NCBI GenBank assembly: GCA_963665815.1
Contig: OY762463.1
Coordinates: forward strand, 1,952,001-2,016,000
DNA from: Candidatus Cloacimonadales bacterium
GTDB taxonomy: Bacteria > Cloacimonadota > Cloacimonadia > Cloacimonadales > JAIOQZ01
DNA: 64,000 nt
Reading direction: 5' to 3'
Every line of letters begins with the position of its first letter. Within the stretch, counting starts at the first letter, position 1. The translations under genes were made by a program, and so were the position numbers. Of this stretch, positions 11,056 to 21,161 are shown in pieces. The notes under the pieces are model-generated. The model did not search any database and was not told where the DNA came from. It saw only the letters and a list, made by a program, of their open reading frames with translations.

Positions 11056-11967
11056 ATGAAATATAAATTTTTAATATTATTACTGGTAATAATGAGTGCA
11101 TCATTATTTGCCGAAAAAGTAGATGGTAAAGCCGGTGAATCCGGTTTTGCAATGCTTAATATCCTGAGAGATCCTGCAACTTCCGCAAGTGGTGGAGTAG
11201 GATCATTTAATTCATATAACAGTCTGGGATTTATTACACATCCTGTATCAAATCTTGTTAGTCCCGGTCATCAGGTTTCATTCAGTACTGCCGAATTGTT
11301 TGCCGGCATCAAAACTAAAAACCTTGGTTACAAAAAGAGTTCTGAAAAAATGGGATTCGGACTGTCATTCCGTACTGTAGATTATGGTGATATTGATAAA
11401 AGAGATGATAGTGGATTATTGATTGGCAGTTATAAACCTGTAGATATGGTTTTGTCTTCAAACGCAGCATTCAGAATCAATCCTTCTCATTTTGCGGGAG
11501 TAAATGTTCACCTTCTATACGAAAGAATAAGTAACTCATCAGCCTACGGTCTGGCATTTGATCTTGGATATTACTACAAAACTCCAATCAAGAACTTATG
11601 TTTTTCTGCAGCTTTAAGGAATATGGGTAAAACATCCAAAATGGATGATGAAGATATAACTCTGCCATTTTCTTTTGAAGCTTCAACAATCTATACATAT
11701 GAAATGAATGAAATTATTAATAACCACTGTGAATTTAAAGTTATGAAGTATCGTGATGATGAAAATATGAAGATTAATCTTGGTAACATTGTATCTTTTT
11801 ACGATACATTTCAGGTTAGATTTGGCTATAAAATAAATTATGATGCAGAAGATTTATCTGCCGGTATTTCTTTGAAAGTAAAAAAATACAACATAGGATA
11901 CTCTTTTGTAAAATACGCAGACGAGCTTGAAGACATTCACATGATAGGTGTCTCATACTCATTTTAA
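11056..11967 (+). CDS. PorV/PorQ-family outer-membrane beta-barrel protein
   Basis: Signal peptide, GFAMLNI..D..SASGG start, AFDLGYYY, ALRNMG, terminal aromatic GVSYSF; flanked by CTD-bearing proteases. Confidence 0.75.
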   Translation: MKYKFLILLLVIMSASLFAEKVDGKAGESGFAMLNILRDPATSASGGVGSFNSYNSLGFITHPVSNLVSPGHQVSFSTAELFAGIKTKNLGYKKSSEKMGFGLSFRTVDYGDIDKRDDSGLLIGSYKPVDMVLSSNAAFRINPSHFAGVNVHLLYERISNSSAYGLAFDLGYYYKTPIKNLCFSAALRNMGKTSKMDDEDITLPFSFEASTIYTYEMNEIINNHCEFKVMKYRDDENMKINLGNIVSFYDTFQVRFGYKINYDAEDLSAGISLKVKKYNIGYSFVKYADELEDIHMIGVSYSF

Positions 11968-11976
11968 GGAGCAATA

Positions 11977-14900
11977 GTGAAAAGACTGTTAGTACTTACA
12001 CTTTTAGTAATTAGTTTCAACTTATTCTCAGAGATTGATATTACACCAAGAGAATTGATTCTCAAAGCCAGAGATAATATCAGTTTTGATGAAGTTACTT
12101 TCGAAAACACTGAGATCAACAATATTTTTGAGAAATACAGACCAAGAAGTATAAAAAAACTATTCCCGAAAGATGATCGATATTTCTGCGTAAGATTCTA
12201 TGACGATCTTGACTGGAATGATTTAACCAAAAAAGCTAAAAACATTGAAGAAATTGAATATATTCAACCTAACTATGTAAACAAAATGCATTTCTACCCA
12301 AATGATCCACGATATGAGAATCAGTTTCTGGATATGGTTAATGCTGAACAAAGCTGGGATATTACGACCGGAAGTAACAGTATTATTATAGCAATCATAG
12401 ATTCAGGATGTCATTTTGAACATGAGGATTTGCAGGGAAACATCCTGATAAATTCAGGTGAAATTGCTGACAACGGTATTGACGATGATGATAATGGCTA
12501 TGTAGATGACTGGAGAGGTTGGGATTTTTCTGATGCTCCGGAACTATCCGAAGTAGCTCTTGGTGATTACCTGGATCAGGATAACGATGCTGAGGATGAA
12601 AACAATCACGGTACTCACGTCGCCGGAATTATTGGGGCTGACTCAGATAATTCCATAGGTATTACAGGAATATGCCACAATACCAGCATGCTCATTGTAA
12701 GAGCAGGTTTCAGAACTACTCAGGGAACAGGTTATCTTCAGGATGATGACTGTGCTTCTGCAATTGTATATGCAGCCAATATGGGAGCAAATTTAATCAA
12801 CATAAGCTGGGGAGATCAGACTCATTCCCAGATTATTGATGATGCCTGCCAATACGCTTATGATCATGGAACAATTATCGTTGCTTCAGCAGGTAATGAC
12901 CCGCAACCGGGAATCAGTTTTCCGGCAAGACTTGCTACTACAATCAGCGTTGGAGCTGTTGACGAAGATATGAATCTTGGGGGTTTTTCCAGTTATGGTC
13001 CGGAGATGGATATTGTAGCTCCGGGCAGTCAGATTATAAGTACTTATTCAGTAGACGATCCTGCAACAATGTATCATGAAATGTCAGGAACTTCCATGGC
13101 AGCGCCTTTTGTAACCGGTGCTTTAGGATTACTGCTTTCTGAAAATCCGGGTATTTCCTTTGATGAAGCAAAATCAAGACTTTACTCTTCCGCCTATAAC
13201 CTTGGTCCAGTTGGATTTGATAATTACTTTGGAATGGGAATGCTTGATATTGAAGCACTTCTGACAGTTTCTACAATTCCTCTGGTTGAAATTACTTCTC
13301 CGGATGACAGAACCGGTTTTGCAAATAGCTTTGATATTGTGGGAACTGTGGATGCTGAAGATTTCTTTCGATATTCAGTTATGTATACTTCAAGTGAAAT
13401 GCCTGAGCAAATAGACTGGAAAAATGTTGAGAATCACGAAACTACTCCTCTTTTCTATACTGAAAATGTTGTTAATGGTGTTCTTGCAACCTTTAATCTC
13501 AGAAATGAAATATCTGATGGTACTTATCTTATAAAAGTCGAACTGACAACTTCCGACTACAGGAAGTTTACTTCCATGAGGACAGTTTACCTTGATCAAA
13601 CCTCACCGATTCTTGATGCAAGTTATCTGAAAATATATAAGAGATATTTTGAAGAAACTCCAAGATATTACTTACAGTCAAAATACGATGAACCCGTGTA
13701 TCAGAAAACTGTTATAACAGACATGAACAGCAAAGTATATACAATATATAATGACTACCCGGATTCATCTCTGATTATTCAATTTCCTGAAGAGCTGGCT
13801 GAAGGACCTGTTGATCTGCAAATTTCAGCTGAAAACCTTTGTGGAAAACTTAATGCAGCTCAGACATTTAATTCCGTTGGAGATATTGATAAAACAACAA
13901 TCAATACAACTGAATATAATCAGATTGCCATTGGTCCTGCGATTACAGGAATCAATACAAGTAATCCAAATATAATTATAGGTATGGAAGCAGGCTCAGG
14001 ATATGGAGATGTTCATATTTTTGATATCTCTGCCGGAACAATGCAGACTGCATATTCTTTCGATGGAAAATTCTGGCCATTAGACGTAGGCAATACAAAT
14101 AGTACTCACGAAGAATTGATTGGAATCAATCTGGACAAAATAGTAATTTATGAATCAAATGACAGGAATAATTTTACATTACCTGCGGATACAATTCTTA
14201 CAAAGAGTGATGTCATGGGAGCCAGATTTGTCAATTTTGACACAGATGTATATGATGAACTCCTTACAATAGAAAATGAATCATTTGCACGTGTTATCAA
14301 AGGATATGATCGTAACAGCAATGTTTTCATTAACAGATTTACTCTCCATAACACTTCTCCTACAAGCACAAGAAACTCATTTTCTACAAGAATAACCTGT
14401 GGTGACTTTGATAATGATGGATATACAGATATAGTTGCTTCGGATTCGGATGGTGATGTTATGGTGTATGAAGTCCATTCCAACTATGAAACCAGTCAAA
14501 CCTGGGCATTCAGACTGCCAACTCCAAATGCTTTCTTTATTACAAGTGGGGATTATACCGGAGATGGTGTTAAAGAATTCTGTGTCGGGGGTTATACTGA
14601 ATCTTCCGGTAATCCGGAAAAAACTTTCAGCTTTTTCCAGGTTTTCAAATCCACCGGACCTGACACATACGAACCACTAGATTATATCAGTTTTGACCAT
14701 ATAGGTTCTCAGAATTCAATAACATCCGTCGATTTTGATGACGACGACGACGATGAGCTTGTTATATCCATGTCTCCTGGAGTTTACATAGTGGATTATA
14801 TTGACGGACACTTAGTTCCTGTATGGAAAGGAGAATCTGATAGAACCTATCAGGCATTCTCAATTGACAAAAATGGTTCAGAACCATCTAAAGTATTTTT

Positions 14901-16113
14901 GAACAATACTCTTGATGACCAATATGAATGTCATATGGTAACTAAAGCAGCAGTTCAGGACAGACCGTTCCCACCTAATCAGTTTAAAGCAGCACCTATT
15001 AATGAAAATGCTATATTACTAAGTTGGAAGCAGCTGATTACAGGTGAAGTAATAATTTACAAAATTGAAGATGATAACATGTCTGAACTTGCAAGAGTAA
15101 CAGGCAACAGTTTTATTGATACTCTTGTTGTTGCAAGCAAAGAATACCAGTATGCACTTGCAACATATGATGAGTCTTATCAGTACAATACTTCTAAACT
15201 AAGCTTATGGAAAACGGTTATGCCGGATTATAAACCGGAACTTGTAGAAATGTCTTTTATTGATCAGGACAGACTTTCTCTGGAATTCTCAAGACCACTT
15301 GATAATACAGCAGTTGACATTGGGAACTATTACATTACTCCGGATATAAAACTGCCATCGTCCTGCTATTTCGATAAACACAAGACCAGAGTTATCCTGG
15401 CTTTCAGTCAGAACTTTGAGCAGGATGTGCCTTATACACTATCTATTTCGAACTTGAAAGGTGATTCAGGAGTTCCTTTAGATGATGTTAATTTATCTGT
15501 CACACTTGACGGATCGGAATTAATTAAGCCATATATTGAAAATATAAAAGTAATTGATAGAAATCATCTTGAAATAAACTATAGTGAAGTTGTGTCAGAG
15601 ATTACTGCAACAAATATAAATAACTATGTCATTTCTTTCCCAGAAATTGATAAAAACAACAGTATCAGATCAATCACATACAATAATGATCAGGTAACAA
15701 TTGTTTTTTCAAATGAACTCGAATATGCTAACAAAGTATATGACTTGAATGTGAAAAATGTTGAGGACTTAGATGGGAATAGAATAAAACTGGGAAATAA
15801 ATTCCTTTTCAGCTTGACAGTTATTAATAATCTTGATCATGTAAAAATTGTCCCTAATCCATTATATACCAGTAAATCGGATAGATTTGTCATCTATAAC
15901 CTGCCTTTGAATAAAGCAGGCAGTATCAGACTTTATGATATTAATGGAGATCTTGTTGTTAACAAGTCAATTGAAGGACTGACACAAAACGAAAGCAAAT
16001 TTGATTTTCTGCCCAGAAACAAAATGGGAGAAGACTTATCTTCAGGAGTATATTACTATATTCTGGAGATTGGAAATGACATTAAAAAAGGTAAAATTGC
16101 TGTAATCAGATAG
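11977..16113 (+). CDS. Secreted S8 subtilisin-like protease with FG-GAP and Ig-like domains and a T9SS-type CTD
   Basis: Catalytic triad motifs IAIIDSG, HGTHVAGII, GTSMAAPFVTG; GDFDNDGYTD repeats; C-terminal VPNP...LSSGVYYY...GKIAVIR. Confidence 0.9.
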   Translation: MKRLLVLTLLVISFNLFSEIDITPRELILKARDNISFDEVTFENTEINNIFEKYRPRSIKKLFPKDDRYFCVRFYDDLDWNDLTKKAKNIEEIEYIQPNYVNKMHFYPNDPRYENQFLDMVNAEQSWDITTGSNSIIIAIIDSGCHFEHEDLQGNILINSGEIADNGIDDDDNGYVDDWRGWDFSDAPELSEVALGDYLDQDNDAEDENNHGTHVAGIIGADSDNSIGITGICHNTSMLIVRAGFRTTQGTGYLQDDDCASAIVYAANMGANLINISWGDQTHSQIIDDACQYAYDHGTIIVASAGNDPQPGISFPARLATTISVGAVDEDMNLGGFSSYGPEMDIVAPGSQIISTYSVDDPATMYHEMSGTSMAAPFVTGALGLLLSENPGISFDEAKSRLYSSAYNLGPVGFDNYFGMGMLDIEALLTVSTIPLVEITSPDDRTGFANSFDIVGTVDAEDFFRYSVMYTSSEMPEQIDWKNVENHETTPLFYTENVVNGVLATFNLRNEISDGTYLIKVELTTSDYRKFTSMRTVYLDQTSPILDASYLKIYKRYFEETPRYYLQSKYDEPVYQKTVITDMNSKVYTIYNDYPDSSLIIQFPEELAEGPVDLQISAENLCGKLNAAQTFNSVGDIDKTTINTTEYNQIAIGPAITGINTSNPNIIIGMEAGSGYGDVHIFDISAGTMQTAYSFDGKFWPLDVGNTNSTHEELIGINLDKIVIYESNDRNNFTLPADTILTKSDVMGARFVNFDTDVYDELLTIENESFARVIKGYDRNSNVFINRFTLHNTSPTSTRNSFSTRITCGDFDNDGYTDIVASDSDGDVMVYEVHSNYETSQTWAFRLPTPNAFFITSGDYTGDGVKEFCVGGYTESSGNPEKTFSFFQVFKSTGPDTYEPLDYISFDHIGSQNSITSVDFDDDDDDELVISMSPGVYIVDYIDGHLVPVWKGESDRTYQAFSIDKNGSEPSKVFLNNTLDDQYECHMVTKAAVQDRPFPPNQFKAAPINENAILLSWKQLITGEVIIYKIEDDNMSELARVTGNSFIDTLVVASKEYQYALATYDESYQYNTSKLSLWKTVMPDYKPELVEMSFIDQDRLSLEFSRPLDNTAVDIGNYYITPDIKLPSSCYFDKHKTRVILAFSQNFEQDVPYTLSISNLKGDSGVPLDDVNLSVTLDGSELIKPYIENIKVIDRNHLEINYSEVVSEITATNINNYVISFPEIDKNNSIRSITYNNDQVTIVFSNELEYANKVYDLNVKNVEDLDGNRIKLGNKFLFSLTVINNLDHVKIVPNPLYTSKSDRFVIYNLPLNKAGSIRLYDINGDLVVNKSIEGLTQNESKFDFLPRNKMGEDLSSGVYYYILEIGNDIKKGKIAVIR

Positions 16114-16180
16114 CACTACTTTCGTTATTACCTTAAAACCTTATTTAATGAAAAATAATTTCGACAGAAAGGAGAGATAA

Positions 16181-16990
16181 ATGATCTCTATAGACTGGAA
16201 AGCAAGATTGAAGAAGGATACTGAGGATTTCCTTAATAAAAAGCTTCCAAACAAAGATTTTGATATTGATATAATATACAATGCCTATCCGGAAAGAATA
16301 GATAATAAAGTACCTAAAGATATAATCGTACTTGTATCAAAACATATAGCTTCAGAAGTTTCGAAAAATCCGGAAACTCACATGGATTTCTTCGATTATC
16401 TCTGGAAAACAAAAGGTGAAAATGGTAAAATTGCATTAAGCATCATTCTGGCAAAGCTTGTAAAAATGGATCCGAGAAAATATATAGACTATTCGGGAAC
16501 ATTACTCAAAACATGTAAGGAAATCACTCATGCTCAATTTATTCTGGATAAAGCTGTTTATCCGATTGTAAAAAAATACCCGGATACTTTTCTTGATAAA
16601 ATCATCAAATGGCTTGGTGGTAATAATTCTATTCTCAAACAAGCTATCATGAAGTTGCTCATCAAACTTATCAGAGCTGACAATAACCTGATAAAACCTG
16701 TTTTCAGAAAACTTGAGGGACTCTGGCTTTATGCAAATGAAGATATGATACACTTTAATATTGATTTCCTTAAAGCTGTAAGCAAGATTAATCCTGATTT
16801 TTACAGAAATATATTCGTCAGTTACAAAATATCAAGGAATCCTGTGTTTATCGAAATTCTTACGGGCAGCATCAATTCTTATGATCAGGAGATTTTCGAT
16901 ATTGTAGAAAACTGGACAAAAAGCGGTAATGCCAGACTAAAAAAAGCAGCATTGGCTGCACACAAAATTATGATTAGAAAGAAAGGATAA
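16181..16990 (+). CDS. Helical (HEAT/ARM-like) repeat protein, possibly AlkD-like
   Basis: All-alpha repeats with W..S.N..LKKAA patterns; GGAG RBS; operonic with greA. Confidence 0.45.
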   Translation: MISIDWKARLKKDTEDFLNKKLPNKDFDIDIIYNAYPERIDNKVPKDIIVLVSKHIASEVSKNPETHMDFFDYLWKTKGENGKIALSIILAKLVKMDPRKYIDYSGTLLKTCKEITHAQFILDKAVYPIVKKYPDTFLDKIIKWLGGNNSILKQAIMKLLIKLIRADNNLIKPVFRKLEGLWLYANEDMIHFNIDFLKAVSKINPDFYRNIFVSYKISRNPVFIEILTGSINSYDQEIFDIVENWTKSGNARLKKAALAAHKIMIRKKG

Positions 16991-16992
16991 AT

Positions 16993-17466
16993 ATGCCTGA
17001 ATATATTACAAGAGAAGGAATGGAGAGGCTGAATAAGAGAATCAGCTTTCTTCTGGAAACCGAAAGACCAAAAGTTGTAAAACAAGTAGCTACAGCCAGA
17101 GAAATGGGTGATTTGAAAGAAAACGCCGAATATCATGCTGCACGTGAAAGACAAAGACACATTGATGATGAAGTAGGCAGACTGAAGTCCAGAGCTGCAA
17201 TACTGAAAGTTGTCGATACTGATACAATACCTAAAGATGCGGTCAGGTTTGGTGCATATGTAGATGCTGAAGAGATTTCTAAGTCAGAAACACATCATTA
17301 CAGACTGGTCGGAGTAGACGAAGTAAACCATGAAGTAGAAGGTGTTCAGCTTATTTCAGTTGCATCTCCTATCGGAAAGGCAATGATCGGGAAAAAAGTT
17401 GGAGAAATGTTTGTTGTTAAAGCACCTATAGGTGACAGAAATTTTAAAGTTTTAAATATTAAATAA
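16993..17466 (+). CDS. greA: Transcription elongation factor GreA
   Basis: AREMGDLKENAEYHAARERQ, ISVASPIGKAMIGK. Confidence 0.95.
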   Translation: MPEYITREGMERLNKRISFLLETERPKVVKQVATAREMGDLKENAEYHAARERQRHIDDEVGRLKSRAAILKVVDTDTIPKDAVRFGAYVDAEEISKSETHHYRLVGVDEVNHEVEGVQLISVASPIGKAMIGKKVGEMFVVKAPIGDRNFKVLNIK

Positions 17467-17479
17467 GAAAGGAAACCGT

Positions 17480-18892
17480 ATGTCTTCAGAAAGTATTAGA
17501 AAAAAACTTGAGTACACTAAAAATAATTTTTGGGAAATTTCAACAAAGAAAGAGCAAAAAGTAGCAATGAAATTCGCTGATTCATACAGAAGATTCCTTG
17601 ATGAAGGTAAAACTGTTCGCGAAGTCGTAAAGTTTATTAAGAAAGAGCTTGATGATAACGGATTTCACGATCTGAGTACAAACACTGAAACTGATAAAGT
17701 ATACACTATCTATAGAAACAAAGTTGTTGCTTTTGCAAAGATAGGTAAAAAACCAATCAAAGAAGGTGTTAACATCGTTGCTTCACATATTGATTCGCCA
17801 AGAGTTGATCTTAAACAAAATCCTCTGAGCGAAGATGCTACAACTAATCTGGCAATAATGAAAACACATTATTATGGTGGAATTAAGAAATATCAATGGA
17901 TGTCTACCCCACTTGCTTTACATGGTATTGTAATTAAGAATGATGGAACTCCTGTTAATATTTCCATTGGTGAAAAAGATAGCGAACCTGTATTTATCAT
18001 GCCTGATCTTCTCCCGCACCTTTCTTCAAAAGTTCAAGGTTCTAAAAAAATCGGAGAAGCAATTCCAGCCAGCTCAATGAAAGTTGTATTTTCATCTATA
18101 CCATATATTGAAAAAGACAAACAGGTTAAAGAAGCTGTTAAACTCCATGCATTGAACCTTCTCAGTGAAAAATACGGAATCAAAGAAGAAGATTTTCTCA
18201 GTGCAGAACTTGAACTGGTTCCAGCCGGTAAAAGCAGAAATTCAGGTATTGATGAAAGCATGGTATCCGGCTATGGTCAAGACGACAGGATTTGTTCTTA
18301 TACTGCTTTAAAGGCATTGTTCGATTGTGACATTCCTGAAAAAACAAGTATCGTAATTCTCTTTGATAAGGAAGAAATCGGAAGCGAAAGCAATACCGGA
18401 GCAAACTCAATTATAATGTATGATTTTGTTGCTGATCTTCTTAAGCATAATAATGAAGATTATGACAGCTATACATTAAGAAAAACACTTATAAATACAC
18501 AGATTCTCTCTGCTGATGTAAACGCTGCAATTAACCCTAATTTCCCATCTGTACATGAAAAAAGTAATGCCTGTAAACTCGGTTATGGAGTTGGTGTTAC
18601 AAAATTCACGGGAGTAAGAGGAAAAGGCGGATCAAATGATGCCAATTCTGAATTTGTTGCGAAAGTAATTGAAGTCTTCAATAAAGAAAAAGTTAACTGG
18701 CAGATGACTGCTCTCGGTAAAGTAGATGAAGGTGGCGGTGGTACTATTGCAAAATTCCTCGCAGAAAGCGGTGCTGAAGTACTTGATGTTGGTCCTGGAC
18801 TCCTTGGTATGCACTCTCTCTATGAACTTTGCAGTAAAGCTGACTTGTATTCAACCTATAAAGCTTATAAAGCATTTTTCGTACATGCTTAA
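17480..18892 (+). CDS. M18 family aminopeptidase
   Basis: SHIDSPR, THYYGGIKKYQW, GQDDR, DKEEIGS, GGGGTIA, MHS motifs. Confidence 0.92.
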   Translation: MSSESIRKKLEYTKNNFWEISTKKEQKVAMKFADSYRRFLDEGKTVREVVKFIKKELDDNGFHDLSTNTETDKVYTIYRNKVVAFAKIGKKPIKEGVNIVASHIDSPRVDLKQNPLSEDATTNLAIMKTHYYGGIKKYQWMSTPLALHGIVIKNDGTPVNISIGEKDSEPVFIMPDLLPHLSSKVQGSKKIGEAIPASSMKVVFSSIPYIEKDKQVKEAVKLHALNLLSEKYGIKEEDFLSAELELVPAGKSRNSGIDESMVSGYGQDDRICSYTALKALFDCDIPEKTSIVILFDKEEIGSESNTGANSIIMYDFVADLLKHNNEDYDSYTLRKTLINTQILSADVNAAINPNFPSVHEKSNACKLGYGVGVTKFTGVRGKGGSNDANSEFVAKVIEVFNKEKVNWQMTALGKVDEGGGGTIAKFLAESGAEVLDVGPGLLGMHSLYELCSKADLYSTYKAYKAFFVHA

Positions 18893-18903
18893 ATGAGGTT
18901 AAA

Positions 18904-19332
18904 ATGAAAAAAAATCTGATTATACTGATAATTCTTCTATGTGTGTGTGCTCTATCAGCTCAAAGCATCTCTTTATATAACAAAGCACGAAGCTACTATA
19001 AGAGCGAAAAATACGAGAAAGCAATATCAGTGTTCACAGATTTGATTTCAAAATATCCAAATGATAAATTAGTGCCCAATGCTCATTACTGGATTGGTGA
19101 ATGCTACTATGATCTCGATGATTATGCAAAAGCTGTAAAAGCTTTTCAAAATGTAGCGGATTTTCATTTTGATTCAGAAAAAGCACCTGATGCAGTATTG
19201 AAAATTGGGCTTTGTTATAAAAAACTGGGATTAAATGATCAAGCCCGTCTGGAACTGACCAGATTAAAGAAAACATTTCCCGACTATGAAAGAATGAAAC
19301 TTGTTAACAAGTTTCTTAAAGAACTGCAATGA
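18904..19332 (+). CDS. Periplasmic TPR protein, YbgF/CpoB-like
   Basis: Signal peptide; PNAHYWIGECYY and KAPDAVLKIG. Confidence 0.8.
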   Translation: MKKNLIILIILLCVCALSAQSISLYNKARSYYKSEKYEKAISVFTDLISKYPNDKLVPNAHYWIGECYYDLDDYAKAVKAFQNVADFHFDSEKAPDAVLKIGLCYKKLGLNDQARLELTRLKKTFPDYERMKLVNKFLKELQ

Positions 19333-19811
19333 AGTATCTGTTAATACTTCTTTTCTTACCGGCATTATGTTTTTCCGTTACTCTTGATGAAGAAGATGTG
19401 CCGTCTTATATAATTGACAATTTTTCTCAAAATCTGAAACAACTTAAAAAAGTTTATATTTCTGTTGATTCTAATTACCAGAAAAAAGAAATTGAAACAT
19501 CTATAGAAGAATTCTGTTTGTTTAATAGTATTACAGTATATGATTCTTTGACTGAAGACAGTCAGAAAGTAGTTGTTTCATTATCAAAATCAGATGTTCT
19601 CGTAAAAAGCAGATCTTTTTTCGGCAGACCTTTGAAAAAGTATCACATTGCTTTAAAAGTAATTGAGAACAATCAGATTAGTGTTTCCAAAACAATTACA
19701 TTCAATATGGATATGTCCGATAATGAATACAGAGCTATAAAATGGTATGATCCCTTACTTGTAACAGCTGTGTTCAGCGGATTAATATATTTTTTCTATT
19801 ATGGGAGTTAA
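19329..19811 (+). CDS. Hypothetical exported protein with a C-terminal membrane anchor
   Basis: N-terminal signal peptide, C-terminal hydrophobic segment, ATGA-coupled to the upstream gene. Confidence 0.6.
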   Translation: MKYLLILLFLPALCFSVTLDEEDVPSYIIDNFSQNLKQLKKVYISVDSNYQKKEIETSIEEFCLFNSITVYDSLTEDSQKVVVSLSKSDVLVKSRSFFGRPLKKYHIALKVIENNQISVSKTITFNMDMSDNEYRAIKWYDPLLVTAVFSGLIYFFYYGS

Positions 19812-20577
19812 AATGAAATTATTCACTGGAATAAACGGTTCAAGCCGTGTCCTGATTATTGTTTCCTTTATTGCAGCCACCATCCTTTTCACAGGCTGCT
19901 CATCTGTTAAGCTTGCTGAAATGCCTGTTGAAGAACGTTTCAATATCGCAAACGATTACTATGAAAACGAGAAGTACCGTAAAGCTATTGAGTATTACGA
20001 AACAATAGTATTTGACAGGAACTCCGTTTATACATCTGAAGCACAATTCAAGCTAGCATTATGCTACTTCAACAGAAAGAATTATATTGACGCACGTTTC
20101 AACTTTGAACAGCTTATCAAACAATTTCCCGAAAACAGCAAGGTTGCAGATGCTCATTTTTATATTGGCGAGTGCTATTTCTACGAATCTCCCAAATCAC
20201 ATTATACTCAGGAAGAAACACTACAGGCTATTGAAGCATTTGAAGTCTTTCTGGATAAATTCCCTGCTGATTTGAAAAGGGTTGAAGCTCTTAATTTCAT
20301 TAAGCTTTGCCAAAAAAAGCTTGCGGAAAAGAAATACTTTAATGGTTACCTTTATTATAGAATCAAAGACTACAGCTCTTCCCTTATGTATTTAAATGAA
20401 GTTATTGAAGCAGACTACAAAAATGAGTTTGACCTTAAAGCTCGATATTATTGCTCAAAAATCTGGCTTAACAGAAAACAACCTGAAAAAGCACAACCAT
20501 ATTATAAAACAATGCAGCTTAAGTATCCTGATTCAAGAGAAACCAGGAAACTGGCAAAGTACTTTAAAGAGAAATGA
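19801..20577 (+). CDS. bamD: Outer membrane protein assembly factor BamD
   Basis: Lipobox FTGC; TPRs; YTQEETLQAIEAFEVFLDKFP and KLAEKKY pattern. Confidence 0.85.
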   Translation: MGVKMKLFTGINGSSRVLIIVSFIAATILFTGCSSVKLAEMPVEERFNIANDYYENEKYRKAIEYYETIVFDRNSVYTSEAQFKLALCYFNRKNYIDARFNFEQLIKQFPENSKVADAHFYIGECYFYESPKSHYTQEETLQAIEAFEVFLDKFPADLKRVEALNFIKLCQKKLAEKKYFNGYLYYRIKDYSSSLMYLNEVIEADYKNEFDLKARYYCSKIWLNRKQPEKAQPYYKTMQLKYPDSRETRKLAKYFKEK

Positions 20578-21161
20578 AACTGGGAATACTTGGCGGAACA
20601 TTTAATCCTGTACACAATGGTCATATATACATAGCTGAACAAGTTATAAATTATATGAGTCTGGATTTGCTTTATATGGTTCCATCAGGTAGTCCACCTC
20701 ATAAGTCACAGTGTCTGTCATATGAAGTAAGATGCGAATTACTCCGTAAATCAATAGAAAATTCCGGTAAAATCCGAATTTCCTATCTTGACAGTCCTGA
20801 TTTCGGAACAAGCTATACTTTGAATCTTCTGAAGAGATTCGAGGAAGAAAAACCATCTGCTGAAATTTTTTTCATTATTGGAGAAGATAATGTCTCTGAG
20901 CTTTACAGATGGTACAAAATTGATGAAATACTTAAGAAATACAAGTTTGTAGTTTTAACCAGAAATTACAAAGCTGAAAAAGAAGATCAAAGAAACTCAA
21001 TCACAGAAAAACTGAATTATGTAGATATTCCACCGTATGATGTATCTTCTTCTGAGATAAGAAACTTGCTGAGAAACAACAAATCGATAGAACATCTTGT
21101 TCCGAAAGCAGTAAACGATTATTATATAAACAAGTATGAACAAAAAGAAAACAAAACGTAA
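20574..21161 (+). CDS. nadD: Nicotinate-nucleotide adenylyltransferase
   Basis: GILGGTFNPVHNGH, PPHK, FIIGED, VSSSEIR. Confidence 0.95.
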   Translation: MKLGILGGTFNPVHNGHIYIAEQVINYMSLDLLYMVPSGSPPHKSQCLSYEVRCELLRKSIENSGKIRISYLDSPDFGTSYTLNLLKRFEEEKPSAEIFFIIGEDNVSELYRWYKIDEILKKYKFVVLTRNYKAEKEDQRNSITEKLNYVDIPPYDVSSSEIRNLLRNNKSIEHLVPKAVNDYYINKYEQKENKT

